Shown here piece after piece: positions 26,824 to 39,191 of a stretch of DNA of 64,000 bases. This DNA comes from Botryllus schlosseri (lineage: Eukaryota). Location of the stretch: the NCBI GenBank assembly GCA_051294905.1, contig CM119372.1:16740001-16804000 (forward strand), read 5' to 3'. The notes beneath the pieces were generated by a model. It saw only the letters and a program-made list of their open reading frames with translations. It was not told the origin of the DNA and did not search any database. Each line of letters begins with the position of its first letter. Position 1 is the stretch's first letter. The position numbers and the translations under genes were made by a program.

Positions 26824-27331
26824 TGTAATTTTTGCGTTCAGCATTACTTTCTGGATTTTCGGGTTGTGTAACTTCTGTATGAAAATAATCTGTGACAAGA
26901 ACGGATTTTCTATTGAGAAACTGTACCTGCAGAGCGCTCCTTTGTTGCTATAATGCGCAAATTTACGTATCTCAGATGAGCGATTTGAGAATAATCACGA
27001 GATGTCAATCAGTACATCCACTCCCTGAAAAATGCAGCATCCATTATGCTATTATGTTTGTTTTATAAAATGATATTTTTTTATTGAATTCGTGTTGATT
27101 GATGACATATGTTGTTAATGTATAATGTGGTTAACCAAAGCTATGTACCGCTTCCAGATTACGATCTTAAGACAGAGTGGAATATAAGAGATAGCGTCGG
27201 CGATACTTTGTTCCAATTCATTCTATTATGGGTGGTCAGTCAGTTAACATGTGCACTGCGCATGTTCAGGCAATAATATTCTGCTGCACAACGAGAGACA
27301 AAGCTGTTACTTGTAGCAACAGTATCTGGAC

Positions 27332-27796
27332 CAGGGGTCCCCAACCTTTTTATTGTCGCGACTCTAAATCCCGATTTGAAAATGTTCCGCGACTCCACCT
27401 CTCAATTTGGAGTGCTGATTACTAAGAAAATTGTCAGCACCTACGCCCAAATCTACTTACGACCTATGTGTGAAGCTGGCGACTATGTGCACAGTAATAG
27501 CAATTATCACGAATTCCTTAGATTAGGAAACTCAATCAAGGCTATAGCCGAGCGTATGTGTATATATTATAGGCTACTTGTAGTTTTCCTAGAAGGAAAA
27601 GATTCGCATTCCTCAGAGGCCGTTTTTTCTTTTATCTTGCATAAATGAACTAAAATATTCAGAAATGAGCCGCCGAAAGCTTCCGCTTAATTGCACGTCA
27701 TGTAATAGTCATTGGTATTTAATTGTTGTATCTGCCACCCTATAGAATGGGCAAACGGCACTTTTGCGGTCGTGACCCATATGTTGGGAATCCCTG
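27332..27796. mobile_element. Degenerate hAT-type MITE
   Basis: caggggtccccaac ... gttgggaatccctg imperfect TIRs; flanks do not form a TSD. Confidence 0.5.
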
Positions 27797-30533
27797 ACCG
27801 ATAAGCCACCTAAGAATGTGTCACTTGACACATATATGTGTCAGTAGATACAGCATTATTATAAATCTGCGTCCAAAAATTCGTAACTGACGAGCAGTAG
27901 CTGTGGTATCCAGAAATAAGGAACTCTGGCTTTATGAGGTGATGGTATAATGCACATATTTGGGTGCGTAATATCGAATTAAACCGTGATATCAATCACC
28001 TTTATCTACACGTTACGCCGTACTGTATTAGGAAGAAATTTCAGCATCTTTTGATTGGATCACTAGCTATTCAAGATTATATTAATAGCAACTTGCTGCC
28101 AGAAGATTTCTTGGTCAAGGCGTGACTGCAATCAGCAGCTAAAATTCTGGGAAACCCCACCGTGCGGGAATGTAGGTCAGTTATCTATAGTTATATTCGG
28201 CTTTGAATGATGGCAGAAGATGAGACAATCCCAACTATACAGAAGGCTATTGCGTATACAAACGTTTACGGAAATTTGAACGCCTTATACTTGCTTGGAA
28301 ATCAGATCATATTATAAAACCAACATCATACACGCGGTGCGCACCTTTTCTCCGTTGACAGCGTCTTTATACCGAGACCAAAGCAAATCCGGACCATGTC
28401 ACAAGTTGGCAACTCGGGAATCAGAAACGAGGTTATACGCCTGTTGCTTAATAGTTGCGGGTTCAAATTATAGGGTACAAGTAGGCAGTACTTGAGTACT
28501 CCGAAATAGAAGACATACTTTATTACTGCCACGTCTGCTGAAGAGTAACTGAAATAACTATTGCTACCGACCAGGCCCAAGTTTGCTTCTTTGCTTGCTT
28601 GATCGTTTCATGCTTATAACAGTGGCGCCTTTCACCTGTAAAGGTCACGTGAGCCATGACAGTGACTGTAAGTTATGTTCGCTGTCTTTGACTTTGTGAT
28701 CTTTTGGACATAACACTGCTTTTACAGCGAGCTCAACGACGAGGAGCCCCGATAAACCTTCAACACATAGAAAATAGATAGCAGCTGGGTTCCGCGGTTC
28801 CAAGTCAATTTAACCATTAGTTAGGGTTCCATACGTCCCATTTTCAGAGGATTTGTCTTCTTTTTTTCAATAAATTGGGAATGCCCTCGGAGGACGCCTA
28901 AATGTCCTCTATTTACGGAATTTGTCCTCTTTCTCTAAAAACAGATAATACAATGCCACCAAAAACTCTACCGCGGCGCAGCGAACGTCAGAGTTTCGCA
29001 AAAAAACGGGTAAAACTAAGATCGAGTCGAAGTGTTGACCTTTTGAAATTACCCATTTTCTTTTCCAGTGTTGCGGCTATCAGAGTTTTTAAAAAGAGTC
29101 ATCTTTTTCGGATATCAAAATATGGTAACCCTACCATTAGTAATCTTTGACATCTTATAACATCAGCACCGTCGTAGTACGGTAGCTACATCGCCACGTT
29201 TATGGTAATCAAGAGCCGCAGAAATTGAGCGTGCAGAAATTGCCTTTATTTGACGTTCGAAAATCCTTGACTAATGTTGGGCAATTGCTGCAAAATATCG
29301 GGATTGTTCTGTATGGCAATGAATGCATCCACGTCGATATTCTTGCGATGACGTAATAAATCAAGGATTGAGTGTAAGGAGTGGAGGAGCGGGATAGAGC
29401 AGAAGGGGTCGGTCGAAATTCCCTCCACCGTATGTTGTCTCTCTGTCATATTGTTTGTTTGTTTTTCAACAGAATATCTTGAATTGGTGCTGTCTAAAAT
29501 TTTAAGTTCAGACAAAAGCATATTTTGTGGTGCATGCATCTGTTTTCTGCAACACTAAATAGTTCGCAAGTTCGGGACGTAACGGGGTCGATTCCAAAAA
29601 TACACTTAAGTCCTGAAGATTTATCTGTGTAGGCTCCTCAATGTTACCTGACCGGCGCGGGCGTAGTCTTGAAAAACCCTGGCCCGAGAGCTAAAGGGGG
29701 CAGCGATATGAGGTCTATGAAACAGGAATTAGAAACACAACAAATGACTCTCGTGTAAACAGACCAGTGCCATAAATGTCAAAACGCTATTAACAGCGAG
29801 CAATACCAATGACTTCGCCTGAGCTTGCACGTGTATCTTCATCATGTGTAAGTTTTTAGGTGAATTAAAACCCGAGGTTTCGGCTGACTTTGAAGTTCAT
29901 ATTAGGACAACGAAAGCAGACGTTCCCTTTTAGGATTGTTTGCAACGTAAGAACTCATAGTTGATTTCCGAAGGAATGCAGGAATGATTCCTGTCATGCA
30001 CATTTAGCCTACGTCAAAGGCGATCGTTTCTCGCAAGACTGTTACGATTAGTAATACGATCACAAGTTAAAAATATATTTTGATCTATATTTATTTTGTG
30101 TCTATATTTGTCCTTAAAATTGGACAAACGATGTAACTCCAGATTAATGATTCAGAAATTTCGCGTGACCAATTGCCGGAGGGAGATACTATATATATGT
30201 CTAATCACGCAGAGACAAAACGTCTCGTTCCTAGCTTAAATTTCATTGCTATAAAGTCATTCAAAGTTTCAAAATCATTGTCGTTCGTGAAATTTCTGAA
30301 AGTTGTGGCAGGAAAGAAATTATAACGATTTCACATAATAATGCGGTGACTTTACTTTGCTGTTCTGTACTGAAATAGGATATAGTGCGTGATTCGATAG
30401 TGATAAGAACCTTGACAAAATTGTCAATGGCTGAGTTCTATTTTCTACCGAGATAAAGACAAAATTTAGGCGCGTGTTTTGTTGATTTGTACGATCAGGT
30501 GATGAATGTTAAAATTTTAGCGATGGTAAGCAT

Positions 30534-31719
30534 TAGGGACGGTGTGAACCTCTGAAAGGTTCAGGTTCGTGTGAACGCGAACCTTTTTGAAAGGTTCTGT
30601 GTGAACACGAACGTGAACCTCGTGACGTCACGTGACGTCATATTGCTAATTCCAACCCTATCCTTCAATGAAATGATAGCCTATATTAATGTACACGATA
30701 CCTAGTGACGACTCGGGCAACATAGCGTAACAATGCTGAAGTATATATTGACGTTTTAAACGTCGCCAAATATATCAACTGGGGCAATTAAATGATACAA
30801 TAATCCCATAAAATCAATATCTTCCGCCTTTGCCAACAATTTCGACGAGGACTTACCAGGGAATATAAGGAAAGGTAGGTGTATTTTTGTCTCTGATGTT
30901 TTTGCAGCATATACACCGAATCAAGATATACATACACACGATCTGCGCATATGCATACCATGATTACATTATGTGCATATGCCGCCGGGCAAGGAAGATG
31001 CAGATATAGCCTTGTAGCAGTGTTGGGATGGCTCAAGTCATGACTTGACTCAAATCAGACTTAAATCACCTTTTTCGTATGATAGACCGGAAAATGTATT
31101 CGGCATCCGAGTATTGCTACGTTGATTTTGATCATGGTGTGAACCGGGCATCTATGCTTGCTACTGATATTACCCCATTAACAAGATATACGGCAGTATA
31201 GCCAACACCTCAATTGCACCGATTTGGTTTTAATGATACAGTAAACATGAAGTCAAGATTGACCCCATGCGCCTGCTAGATTTTTTACATCAGAAAACGA
31301 TATCAATCTCATTGATTGGTCGAATAAGCATCATTCAATGACTGCATAGCTTATTTCGCTCGTGATGTTTTGTGATTGCGGGTCAAGCTCGCAGCAGAGA
31401 GTCACTAAATATTTACAAACGGAAAGCTGGATCTTTCGAGCAAACTTTTGCAACAAAGGAAGTGAAACTTTTGAGATTGTCAAGGTGCATGCTCGTTTAG
31501 TGTTGATTATTTTATGCTGCCAGCGCCATGCATGGAGTGGCCTGCAGTTGAAATGCAATAAATTTAAACCAACGATGTTATAATGAAGTGAAAATTGTTA
31601 TATATGAAAAAGGTTCACAGTGCAGAACCTACCAAGGTTCTGTTGTGAACGCGAACCTCTAAATTTCCGAGGTTCACACACAGAACGCGAACGTGAACCT
31701 CGCGTTCACACCATCCCTA
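30534..31719. mobile_element. Non-autonomous hAT element, family A copy 2 (1186 bp)
   Basis: TIRs tagggacggtgtgaac...gttcacaccatcccta; perfect TSD gtaagcat (30526-30533, 31720-31727). Carries an extra internal segment of about 200 bp relative to copy 1. Confidence 0.9.
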
Positions 31720-31871
31720 GTAAGCATGTTGCTATCTGTATGTAGGCCTACTTTAAATAGGACCGCATGTATTAAATCTCAGACTCCCATGAATAAAATA
31801 ATAGAAGATGTCTGCTGAATTATCATAAATATTGGCATCAACGCTGACATCGATATACATGAACTTCCCAA

Positions 31872-31939
31872 GTGAGCTTGTTACGCACGGTAATGCATAT
31901 TCAACGCTACGGATTGCTAACAAATGAATCTAGTTTCAG
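31872..31939 (+). other. Candidate 68-nt 5'UTR intron of g4
   Basis: gtgagc donor, CTAAC branch point at 31917-31921, tttcag acceptor 10 nt before the ATG. Confidence 0.55.
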
Positions 31940-31949
31940 ATTATTAAAC

Positions 31950-32677
31950 ATGACGTGCGGAATGCTGCTGATTTGCGCTATTTTCATTTTACGAACGCAA
32001 CACGCTGCTAGCTATCCATTGAGTATTGGTGCATCGTATGCGCCCTTCGACATAGTGTTTACGCCGCCGCCTTATACCGCTGAAAAAGTCGCAGAGGACA
32101 GCGTACGGCTACTGAAGAACCCATTTGACCACATATTCCGATATTTTAATCAAGATTACAATTTTACGACGAACGCGCCCGACGCAAATGTTCGCAATAT
32201 CACCCGATCAACAAGTGAAACGGGCACTTCTTTGTACGGGACATTATTCACCGGAACGTCAGCCAACTTAGGCGCTCTCAGCACAACACCAACCAATCCA
32301 TTGGATATGCATGACCACAGTCAAAACGGCACTAGCGCGGCAGCGACAGAGAGGGACCTCATAAAAGAAAATTGGGAAAGGTGTGAAAAACTCGCCTCAG
32401 ACCATCTTCGAGAGGCATGCCGATCCATCGTCGAAGAAACGCTCGCCAACACCGACTACGCTTACGTGCTAGTCGACGACAACGACTTGGACGGACTGAA
32501 AAAAGAGTTAACCGATCTGGGACAGAGAAGAGCTTTTGATGTCAGTCCGATGTTGCCCGGTATCCAAGGCGACTATGAACCTCCGTGTCCTTCGCGGAGC
32601 AAGTGGAATGACGGTACTCGGAACAATCAACGTAGTTTGTCACCGTGGACATCTCGGCAACAGTACGATCCTGATAG
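31950..32677 (+). CDS. IL17: IL-17 family gene g4, coding exon 1 of 2 (325-aa precursor)
   Basis: ATG at 31950 gives signal peptide MTCGMLLICAIFILRTQHAAS. Ends PCP...NQRSLSPWTSRQQYDPD-AG|gtaagg, donor at 32678. Closely paralogous to g3 (ACRSI..E.LANT.YAYV). Confidence 0.93.
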
Positions 32678-33039
32678 GTAAGGTGTCGTTGAATTTTTTG
32701 CCTGACCACATTCTCGTACATTTACATAGACATTTGACGGCGTGATTGAGACACGATAATGCCGTGGCATCATCTCTGATCTTCCAATATTGATATAATC
32801 TAGCCCGGATTGGCCACCCCTGGACTAAACAATCGATATTGGGGTTATCTAGAACGGTACTTGCTGGAAAATTATCTCCTCGTAAAGCTTGGTCTTTTGA
32901 GGAGCCTGAAGTCGTTTTTCAAGCGTCTCGGTCTTGGCAGCGGCGGGTCATTGCGCGTCAAGGCAATATCCTCATTCATATCAGCAAATTCATCCTCCAT
33001 GGAATGATATTACCATCGCCAAAGCCGTATCAGCAAGTG

Positions 33040-35105
33040 CAGTGGTTCCCAACCGGGGGAAATTCCTCCTGGTGATGGAATTTTAAAATGTTTAGGGGGA
33101 ATCTGGCTTTAGGATTGTATCGGAAGATACACGACAGGTTCACTAGGTTTTTAGATTTATATGGTAGAAGTGTTAAGTATGAAACTAGTTCTTTAAAATT
33201 GTATGTTTCTTTGGCGGATTTTAAGTGTGGTGTACGTTTAAGTGCCTTCCGTAGATATTACACCCCTGATAAAGTCAGGCTCGCGAAACGATTTCGTTGG
33301 ACCCGTGACAGTCTCTCGACCAAATTTCTACTAATCAGGAAAAAGTCAAGTGATGTTGGACACGGGAGAATAGCTTACTCTGAACAACAACAACATTATG
33401 TTTAAACTGAAATCAATTCCGACATTATAAAATGACTTACTAAGCGTTCTTACTAAGTTTCAAATCAGATCGCGGGCCCTCAAATATGACCTCGCGGGCC
33501 GCGTGTTGTTGACCCCTGGTATAGGACTACTGTAGTTTGCAGCAAGAGATGACGTGATTGTATTGTAAATTAATAGCGTCATTACTAGAGCAAGTCTTTG
33601 TTGTAGTGAAATCCGTGGACAGTTACACATATTTTTCACAAAAGTTGCAGTAAAAAAGCGCATTTATGGACAAGTTCCTTGAAATTATCAGGGTATGAGA
33701 TACTCGAATCGTAACGTATCCAAGGGACTGCAGCAAAACTAAATGCTGGCGACTTTAACAAAATCAATAGCCTGAACAAATCGACCCAGTGAGAATATAA
33801 TTTTCGGCGGTCTATAGCCTGAAAGGACCTCAAATTTAAACGCCTGTGAACTAATCAAGCGATCTAGATACCTATAGTGCCAAATATTTCCAGTAAAAAG
33901 TTAGTTGTATAGACAATCGAAAATACTTGCAAAAAGTTACATGAAAAATCGAAAAGCGTTGCAATATGTAGCATGAAAAATCGAAAAAGTTGCAACAAGT
34001 TTCATGACAAAATGAAGAAAAGTTGCAATATAAGATTCCTCCAGACAGCTAAAACATCGTAGTACGTAACTTCTGAGTATTTAGGAAACTGCCGGAAGTG
34101 GTAAAAAAAAGTTGCAACAGTTGTAAAAACTTGCTCTAGTCATTACTAATAGCCAGAGGTCACTGGTCTGTGGTCAGTAACGGAGTCCTACTGTGTCGAA
34201 GTACTCAAGTAGATTTTGCCCACTCGTGCTACTTCCACAAGTGGTTATGTTTTCTCATAGTGTACTTCCACTTCTACTTGGTCAGATTTTAGGCAAAACT
34301 AGTTACTTTTTACCATTTGAATTGTTATAACTAGAAATCTGAGATAAGTTTTAATCACTTTTATGTATGAAATTATGATAGAAAATGCGTGAAATCGGCC
34401 CTGTATCGCGGTAACCGGATATGTTTACGTAGATTGTGCCTGGTTGTAGCCACCTCTTATTAACTGCTAAAAGCATGCAACCCCTCGGTCTTATATTTTT
34501 TTGAAACTACGTTCTTGAGCATTTTTCAGACTTCTACTCGAAGTGGATTTGATGTCTTAAAAGTTTCTATTTCCACTTGTAATTGAGTAGAAAGTCATTT
34601 CGGTACTTTTACTTGAGTAGCAATGATGAAATTGACCACCTCTTCATATAGAATACACTGGACAGCACAACTTTAGCATTAGCATCCGAGGGACACGGCC
34701 GACCATGAAGCGAGATCGGGAGGTTTAGAAATATTATCCAAACGCTGATTCCAGATTTAAAAAAAATTAGAATCAGTGTTATTGTAGACCGGCAGTCTAA
34801 ATTAGACATATAAAACAGTCTTTTTCTGCCACATAAGACTTCTTGTGTACCAACAACCCGCAAAATTCTGCGAAAGCGGTTGGCGAACGTGTTTGTAACC
34901 CCTATAATAGTTATCTAGAATTCCAAATGAGTTTTGTGAACAAAACCCAATAAAATTAGCGACGAGCAGTGCACTGGTAACCGTGTTGCTATGGGGACCT
35001 CGTGCATATGGATATACTGTATGTATTATATAGGCCTGTTTATTTTGCAAGTGATTCTGTTCCCCACTAGAAACCTAGGAATCCTCCACCGTTTGGGAAC
35101 CACTT
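33040..35105. mobile_element. Charlie-type element with nested repeat fragments in the g4 intron
   Basis: Ends cagtggttcccaacc/gtttgggaaccactt (13/15 inverted match); internal MITE ends and a minisatellite; no clean TSD. Confidence 0.5.
33931..34031 (+). repeat. Degenerate minisatellite (about 31-nt unit)
   Basis: Three or more copies of catgaaaaatcgaaaa(a)gttgcaa-like units. Confidence 0.6.
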
Positions 35106-35447
35106 CTCTAGGGCAATAACTCAGGTACAGTTAGAAAACGCTATGATATCCTTGATTTAACCTCAACATGGCGGGCATCAATAACTCTCTCTCTCTCCCG
35201 GGGTCTATACCCTGTCCGGTGCCCGCCTATTAGCCGCATCAGTTGTAGTTTTCCAGAGAATTCAAATGTCAGCCAAGTTATACTCTATATGACATCAAAC
35301 TAACCGACTTGTGTCATACAGCAGGCGTGATCACATTGACATCATAAATCCATATCGTCGTAACACTTATGCTGCGCACGTCGCTTATTGGCTATAATAG
35401 TACACAACGCGACGATATCGCTCTCCTTTTGAACCACTGCTCTAGAT

Positions 35448-36894
35448 CAGGGGTTCTCAACCTGCGGCCCGCAGACGTGTAATTTGCGGCCCGCTACATC
35501 TTTCATTACGAGCGCAATTATTACTGATACGGTATTGTTACATATTAATTTAGCTACTTAACCCTCTTATCGCACCGTGTCTGTTTCGTTTGATTACTCA
35601 TTCTTTAATGTGTTCTGGTTTCTTGATATCTGCTCGAAAGTAGATTGCTATTGTTTTGAATCGGTATTCGGCTGGACTCTGGTTCCAGGGAATCCCACTG
35701 CGTAGTACGTTTTTTAAACGGCTAAAACTGGGTTTGTAACTCTGCGTGGAACAATGAATCTGTTTCTCATGCCGGTATGTAAATGGAAGACCGATGTGTC
35801 ATATTTGTTGGAGAACAGTAAGTCGTAACGAATCGCAGAAGCTTAAAATGATACCGTTGCAGTTTCTTCTGGAGTTATACATATATCGCCTGATCTTAGA
35901 AAAAACGTTGCTAGCTAGGTGTCAAGCCCGGTCAAAACTATATTTCGAGTAATTGCTGAAATTGCCGACGACGGTGAAGACGCATTGTTCAAAATTGCTT
36001 GGAATATCGCTAAACCCAATAAATCTGCTGGAGAAGGTGTGGTTTCAATAAAACCTTAGCATGCTATGCGAATATTTGCTGTTTCCAGAGCTTAGCAGCA
36101 AGGACAGCATCACCTGACAAATATCGAAGCTATTACAGTTGTCTGATTCAATCGTGACCGGAATAGTAACAGCAATGTCAGTCGATATTTTATCGCATGT
36201 TCTGAAACACGTTGCTGCGTAGACTACTTTAGCCCAGCACTGGACAATTCCACCGACTCCAAAGCCACTGCATAGCTAATTATCGGGGTGCATTTTATCA
36301 GATTGGGCATCTTTGCAGAGTAAATGCTGGCTATAGGTAAACGTTGGTAGGGGACTAGCGAAAAACATCAACTTAACAAAGCTGACTTCTGTAACTATTG
36401 GTGCAGGGCCCCGCGCCATGGAAAGAAAGGAGAAGGGTAGATTAATTTGCTCAGAAATGACCCCGAACGCCAGACTTTTTCCCATATCACTGAGATCTCC
36501 ATGTGACTGATGACTGTAACGAAAAAGTTACCGTAGTTTTATACTTGCTCGCTCACGCATTGAACCAGAGACTTCCGTTCTGTGGTGGGAATGTTTGAAG
36601 GTGCATATGCCAACCTGGCAGCGAATGTAATGCACGCTACATGAGGGGATTTACTTGCGCCGCTGGAACATGCATATTCTCAGAAAAAGCAGCAACTGCA
36701 AACTTACGAACGCTCTCCATTAATGATTTGGACGGCATAAAAATGTACGAAATGCCCGTATACGACTGGTTAATAGGCTACAGTGGCCTAAATTTAATAG
36801 TAGCCCAAAATACATGGTAATAATGTTCTGCGACCCGCAGCGTCTTTTGCTGTTAAAATGCGGCCCGTTATACAAGGAAAGTTGAGAACCCCTG
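35448..36894 (+). mobile_element. Internally deleted hAT/Buster element with transposase relic (1447 bp)
   Basis: TIRs caggggttctcaac/gttgagaacccctg; TSD ctctagat/atctagat (7/8). Interrupted + strand peptides: NGRPMCHIC..., ALFKIAWNIAK...IKP, LSDSIVTGIVTAMSVDI...YFSPALDNSTD. Confidence 0.85.
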
Positions 36895-37414
36895 ATCTAG
36901 ATGATGCCAGACGAAAGTCGTTTACCTCCGTTCACCTGCACACATCATGGTCTCTACTGGTACCGATGAACTGGACAACGTGTTTTATCAATAACGTAAC
37001 GTAACGGCAGTTTAAATTTGCAAGGAAATTAAGCAAACGACCCTTTCTCCGGTAATAAATATAATTGTATACAATCGAATCCGCTAAATTCGGACACCGG
37101 ACAACCGGGATAGACGCTTTATTTGGCCGAAATGCGAGAACTGAAAAAGTGCAAAATGACACCATTGGCAGTATTTCGTTCATTTTAACACAAGATGGGT
37201 GTAAATGATGAAACAATGGCAGTAACCATCGACAATCAACTCATATAAAGGCTTAAGCGAGCCCATCTCGTCATTGGGGTTTGTGGATTTAACCTCAGGT
37301 AGCGTTGGTCGCTTTTCCGTGTATGATTTTCAGCCCGACTAAAAGCGTCTAACATTCAATTCCTATTGTTTTGTGGCATACTGTTATCAAGTGAAAACAC
37401 CCTTACAGTCTGAG

Positions 37415-37836
37415 TAGTGGTGGCCTTACGAACGGGGGGGCCCTGGGCGAGACTTACCGGGGGGGCCTATAAGTATCTAACCGTAACTTCTTGGGGGCTC
37501 CGCCCCCCCAGACCCCCCTTTCCCGCGGTAAGGTTGAGCTGCTGGATTCGGCTATGTCTATTATTGTATGTGTCCAAGGATAGACTACATCAAGACTAAG
37601 TAGTTCTATCGCATGCAGAGACGTGATGATCATCGGGATACGGGACTTTTCTAACAAATGCAGAGATTTGATGATGATTGACACATCCGTACGGAATTAT
37701 ATTCTTGCTTGGTACACGGATTTCCATGTTTATTCGTTATTATACTTAAAAAAGCGCATAATCCGAATAGGGGGCCCCTTCGACCAGGGGGGCCCCGGGC
37801 GACCGCCCACCTCGCCCACCCCAAAAGCCACCACTG
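37415..37836. mobile_element. GC-rich hAT-type MITE (422 bp)
   Basis: TIRs tagtggtggc/gccaccactg with GGGCCC-rich subterminal blocks; TSD agtctgag/agtctgac (7/8). Confidence 0.75.
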
Positions 37837-38226
37837 AGTCTGACTTCGCAATGCGATCTGATGAATAAACGCGCTATTTTCACCCTCGATGTGTATATTA
37901 CACAGTAATACATATGCATAGTATTTATTGCGTCGCTTGGTATCGCGATATTGTACGATACAACTAACCTGGTGGTGTAACTCTTGTGCGTTTTATGCGA
38001 CCAGTACCAATAACTGCAGTGTAGTGCCGTTGTAATTCATTAAATACGCGACAGCAACAGTATATTTATTCCGTTGTCTTCCTTCACGCATGATCATGAA
38101 ACGAGCAATTGATTTCCGCTTAATTCGTGGAACCAAAGCGTCCGAAGCGGAGTCGATAGGCCGCCACTTTCCATGCAGGAGTGTTATTAAATCTATCATA
38201 ACCCCGATATTTTGACTATATTATAG

Positions 38227-38476
38227 GATTCCGCAATACATGAACGTGGCCAGGTGTCTATGCGCGGGTTGTATCGATCCCAGCATGAAAGGGGAGACTG
38301 TGGAAAACAGGAACCTAATTTCGGAAGAAATTACGAGAAGTATGAGAGTGATTCGGAAAGATAAGACGCTGAAAGACTTTTCGGAGTGCCCAGGCTCAAA
38401 ATCGAAGGCATGCTACGAATCTATGGAAGAAGTAGCAGTGGGATGTCACTGCAGAGCTCCTACCATTATATCATGA
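38227..38476 (+). CDS. IL17: IL-17 family gene g4, coding exon 2 (cystine knot)
   Basis: Acceptor tattatag|G completes AGG; reads IPQYMNVARCLCAGCIDP...RVIRK...VAVGCHCRAPTIIS*. It is the only phase-matched cystine-knot exon seen on + downstream of 32677. Confidence 0.92.
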
Positions 38477-39191
38477 TTGCCCAGCCGACGCCCTTCAACA
38501 AGTATCCATCTTCGACGAACGACACCAGCCGCATGAAGCTGAACAGCTCCTTATTAATGTAAATCCTCATATGTACGTTGCCATCTATATCTGACTGTTC
38601 ACTGTTCATTGTTGAAGTTCAAGCTTACAGTGTAGCAAATCGTGGCGTTGAGGTGGCCTATACTGGATATTACGGTACATTTGGGGTATTTTCTTCACTT
38701 CACCGATATAACCAAACGCCATATCTTCTCCAATCACAAAAACTGGACTAGTCAATTCAAATCACCCCACGCTCGAAGCGATGAGCAAATTTTGTGACGC
38801 TATCGTGATTTTAACATACCAATGAAATTTTGCCGGTACGTCAACAAATTCAAATGAGAATGCAGCGGATTTCAGTGTATGAACATCTAGGAAGCATCGA
38901 GTCTACATACCCCCTATTTATCTGACGTATATACCGACGGACAGACGCGTTGTCTATAAAGCCGCCAATACTCCTCCAAGCTTTCATCATTCGTTTTCAC
39001 TCCGTCACAATGAATACCCGTGACGTCACATTACACTGGTCAACACTATTTTTGTTGACTTTGACCAGACAATTGTTTTTGACTAACTTTTAGGCGCTGA
39101 ATTCAAAAATGACTTTCGTTTTTCTCCATCACGTCAATTTTTTGGGTTAGGCACCCACCACATTGCACTGCTTCATTTGGTTGACTTAAAC

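Noticed and set aside
29246-29539. Minus ORF containing CSIPLL, identical to the g1 C-terminus
   Set aside because: Isolated hexapeptide with different codons and no upstream GCxC; expected by chance.
31872-31949. N-terminal extension of g4 from the GTG start in the ORF track
   Set aside because: The segment has donor, branch point and acceptor signals of an intron, and the signal peptide begins at ATG 31950.
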